64,000 nt of DNA. Source: Bacillota bacterium (lineage in GTDB: Bacteria; Bacillota; Clostridia; Christensenellales; UBA1242). Of the stretch, positions 28,849 to 37,200 are shown piece after piece. Every line of letters starts with the position of its first letter. Position 1 is the stretch's first letter. Under the pieces are notes generated by a model. That model ran no database searches. It was not told the DNA's origin and saw only the letters and a list, made by a program, of their open reading frames with translations. The stretch covers positions 7,119 to 71,118 of the forward strand of contig WQSK01000001.1 in the NCBI GenBank assembly GCA_009787915.1, written 5' to 3'. The position numbers and the translations under genes are program-made.

Positions 28849-29319
28849 ATGCCAAGAAGAAGTGGAATTGCACCAAGAGATGTGTTGCCAGACCCAAGGT
28901 TTGGGTCAAAAGTAATTACAAAAGTAATTAACCAAGTCATGCACGACGGGAAAAAAGGGATTGCACAAGGAATTGTGTACGAAGCCCTCGACCGTGCGAA
29001 CAAAAAACTTAATGTAGAGCAAATGACGATTTTCAACCAAGTTTTGGAAAACGTATCCCCGTTATTGGAAACAAAAGCGCGCCGTGTAGGTGGTTCAAAC
29101 TATCAAGTTCCTATGGAGGTTCGCCCTGTTCGCCGTCAGACACTTGCAATTCGTTGGATTGTGAAATATGCACGTGAACGTAGCGAGCGCACTATGGCAG
29201 AGCGTCTTGCGGGTGAATTTGTTGATGCTTATAACCAAACAGGTGGGGCTTTCAAGAAAAAAGAAGAAGTCCATCGTATTGCTGAATCGAACAAAGCGTT
29301 TGCGCATTATAAATGGTAA
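28849..29319 (+). CDS. rpsG: 30S ribosomal protein S7
   Basis: GGAG RBS. MPRRSGIAPRDVLPDPRFGS...KMAEANKAFAHY-type C-terminus. Confidence 0.97.
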   Translation: MPRRSGIAPRDVLPDPRFGSKVITKVINQVMHDGKKGIAQGIVYEALDRANKKLNVEQMTIFNQVLENVSPLLETKARRVGGSNYQVPMEVRPVRRQTLAIRWIVKYARERSERTMAERLAGEFVDAYNQTGGAFKKKEEVHRIAESNKAFAHYKW

Positions 29320-29336
29320 AAATATATTGTTCTAAG

Positions 29337-29364
29337 AGCGCACTCACGTATGGGTGCGTTTTTT
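29337..29364 (+). terminator. putative intrinsic terminator after rpsG
   Basis: Stem 29339-29343 / 29354-29358 (CGCAC/GTGCG) plus flanking pairs, followed by a T-run at 29359-29364. Confidence 0.5.
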
Positions 29365-29377
29365 CATATATAACGCT

Positions 29378-29902
29378 ATGGAAAAAAAGTGTTTCATGGG
29401 CGCAGTTACGGCAGATGGTTTTGTTGGTTTCTTTAAAGAAATCGTTGATATGTATGGGCTAAAAAAACTGTACATTATAAAGGGTGGCTCTGGTGTGGGT
29501 AAGAGTACTTTCATGCGGAAGTTCGCCGAGTTGTTTCCCCTAAACCCAAAGATGCTTGTTTATTGCAGCAATGACCCAAAGTCCCTAGACGGTGTTATCA
29601 TAGAGGACCTTGGAATCGGGATGATTGACGGGACGGCACCGCATATGACCGACCCAAAGTATCCAGGTCTTTGCGAAGAGATTATTGATTTGGCTGGGTT
29701 TATCGATTCCGAGAGGCTGGCGTCAACCGCGACCATTCAGGCGGTAAAGCAACGTGCTGATGAAAAAACGGTTGCTTATAACGAAGCATACACCGCATTG
29801 GCAAGGGCACGAACTGCGCACGCAAAACTTGAATCAATGTATACGGGTGCTGTGGATTTTGAATCTATAGATAAATTCTTTGACGCAAAGTTTCGGTCTT
29901 GA
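29378..29902 (+). CDS. P-loop NTPase, uncharacterised
   Basis: Walker A GGSGVGKST. ATG at 29378 preferred because a TATATA -10 lies 5 nt upstream. Confidence 0.6.
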   Translation: MEKKCFMGAVTADGFVGFFKEIVDMYGLKKLYIIKGGSGVGKSTFMRKFAELFPLNPKMLVYCSNDPKSLDGVIIEDLGIGMIDGTAPHMTDPKYPGLCEEIIDLAGFIDSERLASTATIQAVKQRADEKTVAYNEAYTALARARTAHAKLESMYTGAVDFESIDKFFDAKFRS

Positions 29903-29967
29903 AATTATTCTGAATAATTTTTGTTATTGAACACACAATATCACTACCTATATTCCAGAGAAAGGGG

Positions 29968-30207
29968 GTGATATTAATGAAAGGTTTTTCTATTGCAGCA
30001 CTTATCGTTCTTGCAGTTGGTCTTACAATGGCAATTGTCGGAGCAATCTTCAACGACATCGCATGGACAGGTAACTTCCAACCAACAAATCTTGCTGATG
30101 TTATGCAAACAATCGGTTACATAGCAGCGGCTCTTGCTGGTATCGTGCTTGTTGCTCTTGGCGTTTCTCACGCAGTACGTGACGGCGAACATCACGGCAA
30201 AAAGTAA
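29968..30207 (+). CDS. small 2-TM membrane protein
   Basis: AAGGGGG RBS and two hydrophobic helices. Confidence 0.5.
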   Translation: MILMKGFSIAALIVLAVGLTMAIVGAIFNDIAWTGNFQPTNLADVMQTIGYIAAALAGIVLVALGVSHAVRDGEHHGKK

Positions 30208-30230
30208 TCGTTTAAAAACGATAGAAAAAA

Positions 30231-30269
30231 AGCCCGACTCTTGACAGTTGGGCTTTTTTGTGATATATA
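30231..30269 (+). promoter_or_regulatory. hairpin terminator fused to a consensus promoter (module copy 1)
   Basis: Stem AGCCCGAC (30231-38) / GTTGGGCT (30247-54) followed by a T-run. The loop carries TTGACA (30241-46), then a 17-nt spacer, then TGaTATATA (-10 at 30264-69). Confidence 0.65.
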
Positions 30270-30313
30270 TTTTTTATGGATATATTAAAAAAACAAAAAA
30301 GACTATTGGCAAA

Positions 30314-30796
30314 ATGCTTACTGACCCAGAGATTACGGAAACAACACCTGAGGCGTATCATTATACTGGGCTTGGTGAATCGCTTAGGTTTGATGGTGGT
30401 TCGCTTGAGTACGCGAAATATTCAGATGGCATGTTTGGCGAATTTTGTTCGGTGTTTAAACATAAGGATGCGGACATATCGAGGTTGAATGTCGAAGTCA
30501 GCGAAATACATGATGTGGTAGGTATTGATAATAATTTCTTTCGTGTGGACGGATACCCTGTGCTTAAAGAGGAGTTTGATTTTAAAAAATCGACCGTAAA
30601 GGTTGATGTGTCTAATTTCAAAACGCCTGCACCGCTGGATGAAATTGACCAGTCTATGTACGATTTGCTGAACGAGGAATTGGAACCAAGACAAATGACA
30701 AGACCTATGACTGAGGCCGACAAAAGATATGTCGAGTTTAAACTTGATTGTGCGCTTGCCCGTGTCAAGAAAATTGAAGAAGATTTTACGTTGTAA
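30314..30796 (+). CDS. hypothetical acidic protein
   Basis: ORF. ATG at 30314 preferred, because the track start at 30248 lies inside the terminator/promoter module. Confidence 0.5.
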   Translation: MLTDPEITETTPEAYHYTGLGESLRFDGGSLEYAKYSDGMFGEFCSVFKHKDADISRLNVEVSEIHDVVGIDNNFFRVDGYPVLKEEFDFKKSTVKVDVSNFKTPAPLDEIDQSMYDLLNEELEPRQMTRPMTEADKRYVEFKLDCALARVKKIEEDFTL

Positions 30797-30824
30797 TTTA
30801 AAAAACAATGTGTTAATGTAAGAT

Positions 30825-32393
30825 ATGATTTCAGCAATTAATGTTTCTTTGCAGTACGGAAAGCGTGTGCTTTTCAAAGACGTGAACCTAAAATTCGTGG
30901 CGGGCGAATGCTATGGCATCATCGGTGCGAACGGTTCGGGCAAGTCCACCTTTTTAAAAATCCTGGGTGGCGAGATAAACCCAAACAAGGGCGAAATCGT
31001 AATTGAAAAGCGTCGCCGTATGTCGGTTTTGGCTCAGGACCAAAATGCTTTCAACGATATGACGGCCATAGAGTGCGTTATAGGCGGGCATGAAAAACTT
31101 TTTAAGTTGTTAAAAGAACAAGAAACACTTTATGCACTTGGTGAGGACATCACGGATGCGCAGGGGATTCGTTTGGCTGATATTATGAACGAGTTCACGG
31201 CACTCGACGGTTGGGAGGCAGAGGGTAATGCGGCGAGCATGCTTAACGGCATGAAAATCCCGTCCGATATTCAAACAAAACTTATGAAAGATATTGACCC
31301 TAAATTAAAGGTCAAGATTTTGTTGGCGAGGGCCCTCTTTGGTAACCCAGATATCTTGGTTATGGACGAGCCCACAAACAACCTAGACCTAGCAGGGGTT
31401 CGTTGGTTGGAGAACTTTTTGTTGGATTTCAAAAACACGGTTATTATCGTTTCGCACAACCGACATTTCTTGAACAAAGTCTGTACCCATATTTGTGACG
31501 TTGATTACTCGCAAATCAATATGTTTGTTGGGAATTATGACTTTTGGTATGAAACCAGCCAGTTGATTTTGCGCCAGCAAAAAGAGGCAAACAAGAAGGC
31601 ATCCGACCGCGCGGAAGAATTAAAAAGTTTCATCGCTCGATTTAGTGCAAACGCGTCAAAAAGCAAACAGGCTACGAGTAGAAAAAAGGAGTTGGAGAAA
31701 CTCACAATCGAGGACATCAAGCCATCAAGCCGCAAATACCCGTATGTTAATTTTGAAATGGAACGCGACTTGGGTAACGAAGTGTTGGCGGTTGAAAACC
31801 TAACACTTGATGGGTTTTTTAAAAATGTTTCTTTTAGACTAAACAAAGGTGAAAGGGTTGCGGTGCTTTCGGAAAACTCGCAAACTGCGTCAAAGTTTTT
31901 TGATTGTCTTATGGGAAAAATTAAACCGACTTCGGGAACTGTTACATTTGGTAAAACCGTAAACCCGTCGTATCTTCCGTCGAACAACGATAGTTACTTT
32001 AAGGGGAACAAGTTAAGCCTAGTGGATTGGTTAAAACAATATTCCACCGAAACGCACGAGAGTTTCATTCGTGGGTGGCTTGGGCGTATGTTGTTTAGCG
32101 GGGAAGAAGCCCTTAAGCAGGTAAACGTCCTATCGGGTGGTGAAAAGGTTAGATGTATGTTGGCAAAAACCATGTTGGAAAAAGGAAACTTTCTTATATT
32201 GGACGAACCAACAAACCACCTTGATTTGGAATCAATTACGGGACTTAACGACGGTATGAAAAAATTCAAAGGCGTCATGATGTTCGCGACCCAAGACGAA
32301 GAAATTATGGCTACAGTTGCAAACAGAATTATGGAAATAAACCCCTCTAAATTTGTTGACAAAATGTCGACTTATGGGGAATACTTAGGTTGA
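30825..32393 (+). CDS. ABC-F family ATPase (two NBDs, no TMD)
   Basis: Two Walker A motifs (GANGSGKST, and a second NBD) and two signature motifs (LSGGEKVR), separated by a linker. No membrane domain. Confidence 0.9.
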   Translation: MISAINVSLQYGKRVLFKDVNLKFVAGECYGIIGANGSGKSTFLKILGGEINPNKGEIVIEKRRRMSVLAQDQNAFNDMTAIECVIGGHEKLFKLLKEQETLYALGEDITDAQGIRLADIMNEFTALDGWEAEGNAASMLNGMKIPSDIQTKLMKDIDPKLKVKILLARALFGNPDILVMDEPTNNLDLAGVRWLENFLLDFKNTVIIVSHNRHFLNKVCTHICDVDYSQINMFVGNYDFWYETSQLILRQQKEANKKASDRAEELKSFIARFSANASKSKQATSRKKELEKLTIEDIKPSSRKYPYVNFEMERDLGNEVLAVENLTLDGFFKNVSFRLNKGERVAVLSENSQTASKFFDCLMGKIKPTSGTVTFGKTVNPSYLPSNNDSYFKGNKLSLVDWLKQYSTETHESFIRGWLGRMLFSGEEALKQVNVLSGGEKVRCMLAKTMLEKGNFLILDEPTNHLDLESITGLNDGMKKFKGVMMFATQDEEIMATVANRIMEINPSKFVDKMSTYGEYLG

Positions 32394-33004
32394 TGGCAAA
32401 AGTAAAGAGAGAAAAGAACAAAAACACCGCTGTCAAAGCGGAGGCCTCATGGGTGGAATTTTATTCCGACATTAAGGTGCCTGAACTCAAGAAATTGATG
32501 TTGGCACGCAGAAATGAAACCACTGGTAAAATCGGCAAAGACCCAGATAAGTACAAAGCATTGTGCAAAGAAGAGGACAAGTTGTTTGAGGAAATCCTTG
32601 AGGGCATTAAAAACAATGCCTCTATGACTACGCCTGAAAAGATTAAGGTTTTGGAACAAATTGATTCAAAAGACTCTCCTTTTGAATTGGAGCATACATC
32701 GGCATTGCATTTCCTTAAGAAAAAATTGTCGAATTCGACAAACCCATTGGATACCGACGGTGTTGACGAGGTCGATGATTCGGACCCTGTCGGTACAGGG
32801 CGCGAAGACTTTTTTGGGAAGTTGGGGAGTTCTATCATAAGCCTTTATAATGAAGGAAAGGCAGGTCAAGGTTTGACATTTGTCGAGTACCGAAAAAACG
32901 TTATGAACGCTCTCCACGAAAAGGGTACGCTAAGCAAGGTTGCTCATAAACAAATGATGGGTGTTCTTGGAGAAGATGAAGAAACGCTGGAGGTAGAAGT
33001 ATAA
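32390..33004 (+). CDS. hypothetical acidic protein
   Basis: ORF overlapping the upstream stop by 4 nt. Confidence 0.5.
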   Translation: MMAKVKREKNKNTAVKAEASWVEFYSDIKVPELKKLMLARRNETTGKIGKDPDKYKALCKEEDKLFEEILEGIKNNASMTTPEKIKVLEQIDSKDSPFELEHTSALHFLKKKLSNSTNPLDTDGVDEVDDSDPVGTGREDFFGKLGSSIISLYNEGKAGQGLTFVEYRKNVMNALHEKGTLSKVAHKQMMGVLGEDEETLEVEV

Positions 33005-33249
33005 TGAAGAATAGTGTTTTGGCGGTTCCAGGTGTCAACAAAGGTTTGTTAGACGGAAAAGTTTGTGAATTTTTTGCGTATGGTGTCGAGGTAAAAAAAC
33101 TTGGCAACGGTGTGACCAAGCAACTTGGTTTGTTCCACAAGTTGGGTGAACTCAACCCATTTATATATGAGATAACAGGTGAAAGTTATACACGTGTTTC
33201 GGAAGCCGATGCACAATATAAAGAACTGGCTGCTGCTTTCGGCGGTTAA
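33004..33249 (+). CDS. hypothetical small protein
   Basis: ATG overlaps the upstream stop (TAATG). Confidence 0.4.
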   Translation: MKNSVLAVPGVNKGLLDGKVCEFFAYGVEVKKLGNGVTKQLGLFHKLGELNPFIYEITGESYTRVSEADAQYKELAAAFGG

Positions 33250-33250
33250 G

Positions 33251-33445
33251 CAGGGACGGCAAAGGTTGCGTCGGGGAGCGGATTTAGTTTTTGCAGTTTG
33301 CAATCTTTTCCCGAAAATCGCTTCAAGACAATTTATTGAGATTTATAACTAAAGAGTATAAAAGCCTTGAAAGTGATTTCTCGGCAAAAGTGCAAACCTT
33401 GCAAAAACTAAATCCGCTCCCCTCGCAACCTTTTACTGCCCCCTA
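33251..33445. repeat. 195-nt near-perfect long inverted repeat / hairpin
   Basis: The 5' arm (33251-33328) pairs with the 3' arm (33366-33445). The pairing includes a 23-bp perfect block (33274-33296 with 33401-33423). AT-rich apical loop of about 37 nt. Confidence 0.8.
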
Positions 33446-33492
33446 TTTAAAAAAGAATGTATTAAATTTTTGTCTTTGCACACATTAGTTCT

Positions 33493-34200
33493 ATGTACAA
33501 AGACGATAAAACAACGGAACACAAAAGAGATACTCACGGTAACGTGGTACAAGACAAACGTGGACGCAGACGCGGTCCATCTGGGTTTTTAACAGCCCTC
33601 GGGGTAACAATGGCATTGGCCCTAACACTCACAGGGTTGCTACTTCATACGAGCATCCAACAAAACGAGGCTAACCTTGCCCGTATTCAAAACCTCCAGC
33701 AGGAAAATGCGATGATACGCAGTTCTCTTGAACATGCGAACGAGTCATTGACGCGCTCTGCGGTAACAGAGCAAACCGCCGAACCAACAACTGATGTTGT
33801 TTCAGAGCCAGTTGCAGAAGAACTTTCACTTGAGCCAGTTGCTGTTGAACAAACAGAGCAACCTGTGACAGCGCAAGAACCTGTTGTAACCCCACTTGTA
33901 GACCCAGCGGTTGAATCCGTACCTGCACCGACAGAACAAGTTGCCGAGCCTGCTGTATCTGTTTTTAAACAAACCACGCCTATTGCACCTGTGGTAAAAC
34001 CAGTTGTAGAAGTCGAAGTGGATGTGGATGCCTCGCCCGTAATCAAAGCGAGCCCAGTTGTAACCAGCAACCCTGCTATGGTGACAGAACAACCAGTTTC
34101 TCAATTCGCAAGGGCAGTACCGTTGCCAGCAGAGATTGTTTGCGAAGATGGTGTTTGCACAAAAATATTAGATGTTGACAACCGAGGCTCAGAAAGATAA
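33493..34200 (+). CDS. membrane-anchored protein with Pro/Val/Glu-rich extended region
   Basis: Basic N-terminus, one TM (FLTALGVTMALALTLTGLLL), coiled coil, then low-complexity EPV/PVV repeats. Confidence 0.55.
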   Translation: MYKDDKTTEHKRDTHGNVVQDKRGRRRGPSGFLTALGVTMALALTLTGLLLHTSIQQNEANLARIQNLQQENAMIRSSLEHANESLTRSAVTEQTAEPTTDVVSEPVAEELSLEPVAVEQTEQPVTAQEPVVTPLVDPAVESVPAPTEQVAEPAVSVFKQTTPIAPVVKPVVEVEVDVDASPVIKASPVVTSNPAMVTEQPVSQFARAVPLPAEIVCEDGVCTKILDVDNRGSER

Positions 34201-34209
34201 TATAGACCT

Positions 34210-37200
34210 ATGACTAACTTTAGAAGAAGAAGTGTTTTGCGAAAGTTTGCGGTATTGGGCATTGCATCAATATTCGTTTTGACAGGTTTCATTGGCGGGG
34301 CATTCGTGCCGTTGGTTCAACGTGCTATGGCTGCATCATTGGTTCCAAACATGAGGATTCAAAATCTCCCACGTCCAAGTGTCGAAATCGGAACACGTAT
34401 CCACGAGGCTGGTATTCCAACTGTTAGTGGTTTAGGCGGTGGCGACATTGTTTACATGGCACTTGTTCGCGGTGGAATTACAGAATTTCGTGCGCGCACA
34501 ACTGCGAACTGGAGTAACACGGGTGTCGACATGGTTGTGCCTCTGACAGCAGAATACAATCGCCGTGCAGTTTATTCATGGAGAATTTATCTTCAGCGTC
34601 CTGCAATCTCACCTGCTACTGGTTTCAGATACGACCTTCTTCATTCTCATAACATAGATGTTTACCAAGGTCAGTTCCGTTTTGAAATCCCGACCTCTGC
34701 AAGACATTACCACGATGGTAACGCTATAAGTTTCATCCCTAACGTGGCAATTCCTGGGCAACGTGTTCTTATGCCACTTCCTAACCAATTTATCGACAAT
34801 GCGGGGAATGATTTGTTTGATAACAATACCCCTGACGTTGCATTGATGCGTCGGGCAATTTTGGCGGACTGGAATCGTAACCAAATCCCAGGTGTGGCGG
34901 ATAGTGATGACCCAGCAAACGATGCGGTCAACACACAAATCGCGAACGACCCGAACCTTTTCCGCAGACTTGTTTGGGCAAACACAACAATTCAGTTCTT
35001 TGGCCCAGGTAAAGGCGCGGCTCCAAGACAAATATACACAGGTAACCAAGTAAACGACGCAACTGGTACCAATGCATCACGTGTTTTCCAAAGTTCACTC
35101 CGTGGTGAGTTCCGTGCCCAGTTTGAATTCAACCACCCACGTATTCAATCAAGAACAAGCACAGATTCTTGGCAAGTAGAAGGTGTTACAATCAACACAG
35201 GCGGTACATCTGTCACAGCCAACGAAGCAAACATCCGCGAAAACGTAGTGTTTACTATGCCACCTGCTTTTGGTGCTATGTCTGGTGCTTTTACATTGAA
35301 CCAATATTTCCAATTGCCATTGCCAACTATCAACATTGCGACACGCTCTGACACAGACGCTCTTGACCTTCCTATGGGGCACGTTTCTTTCCCAAACACA
35401 AACTCTATGGTAAGTTACACATTTATTACCGTAGAACATTTTGACCTCCAAAATAACAGAACAAATCTTTACAACAACATTCGTTTGACCGCAGAGAACG
35501 GATACCGTTTCCGTCCAACAACGTTTGGTTCTTTCCGATTTGTTTATCACACAACAACACCATTTGGTGTAGGTTTCGTAGAACAAATTGGTGCAAACGA
35601 CCCTCAATATCACAACCGTGTTGTAGTTGTACAAGATGGCGGGCAAAGTTTCATCCAATATACTCCGCACAACCTTTTCCGTATTACAAACAACGCTGTT
35701 GCACCGTCACTTAGATGGACGCTCCCGTTCAACTATCATTTGGTTTCAACATTGACAGGTGACGATGCGGCTGCGGTTACTGCGTACAACGCGGCGATGT
35801 ATAACACTGCTCTTCATATTCTTCCAACTCATACAATTGCTTTGGCCGAGGCAAACCCATTGTTCAATCTTGCGGCAAACAGCCCAGACCGTATTCTTGA
35901 ACACATTGTTCCAAGTTCAAACACGGCTATCGTTGAAAGAACACAACGCGATGGTGCTTTGTTTAACAACGCGCCTGACCTTTCACACTTTATGCCAGGT
36001 ATGGGAAGTACACCTGTAACAATCATCCCTACAAACGGACAAATTGTTATTCCTGCATTGTTGGGACTTAACAACGTTTCATCAAGCCGACAACTTACAT
36101 ACAGCATCACAATCACACGCAGACGTACCGACTCGGCAGATACCGACAGTGTTCAATTCACAACATCTCCGACTGCACAACTTGTAAATGATACAGACCG
36201 TTCTGTTTTCCGTCTTGATAACAGAAGGCCACTTATCATTGAATTCGGTCAAGGAACCGCAGAAGTACAACGCGGACGTTTCACAAACGGCACACAAAGC
36301 GAAGTACATATAAGAAGTTTCGGCAACACACAAATCCCAGTCGCGCAAACATATGAAATCGCAATTGAAATTATTGACAACGCTTCTGTTTTGGGCTCTG
36401 GCGGAAACATGATGACACCTACAATCAGACACTCTTTCAGAATCGATGACAACATTGGTAACACGGTTACCGACCACCAAGAACTCCGCCCGTCTTTCAG
36501 CGGTACCCCAAACCCAGTTCGCACAGGTCTTTATGTTCGTGACACACTTAACTTCCGTGAACTTGGTGTATGGTGTGATTCTTCAAACAATGTTGCAGTA
36601 GATTACTATATTGTTTGGAATACATCCGCTGGTGCTGCCGCCGACGGTTTCCAAACCAACGCTGTCCGTATCCAAGACAGACATATCCGTAGCAACACAA
36701 TCTTGTTCCCATTGGATGTACGTTCAAACCCTGATGCACAACCTCTTATTACTTATCTTGATGCAAACCCGTCGGCTTCGTTTACCATTGTTGCCATTGC
36801 AAGAAACAGACACGCACTTGTGAGCCAAGTTTATAATAATTTCCAACCACGTAGCGACACATACCCTGTAGACCCTACTGGTCGTAACGATGTGCTTACA
36901 TTTGACGAACTTCATACTTTCTTGACCGCAACAAATATTGTTGAAGCAAGAGATAATTTGCCTGCAGGAACAAACATTTCGTTCTCAAGGTTTACATTGA
37001 ACAACTTTGGTGGTGGGGTTGCACAAACACTTGCTCTAACACCAATAACAGGTGCCGTTCGCGACACACGTGTTAATATTACAGCAAATATCAGGAATGC
37101 GGCTGCTGGACAAATTGACACCAACATCAACGCGCAAGTTGTAACCCCGTCTGGCAGAACACTTACAGTTTCGGGTGCACCTTTTAACACATTGGTAACT

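Noticed and set aside
30248-30488. Track starts at 30248 (TTG) and 30276 (a 70-aa ORF that would be leaderless from the module promoter).
   Set aside because: 30248 lies inside the terminator stem. The 30276 frame is Arg/Leu-rich and non-protein-like, whereas the long frame from ATG 30314 looks like a real acidic protein.
33291-33488. 65-aa ORF across the long hairpin.
   Set aside because: It reads through both arms of the inverted repeat. It has no RBS, and its composition is dictated by the palindrome.
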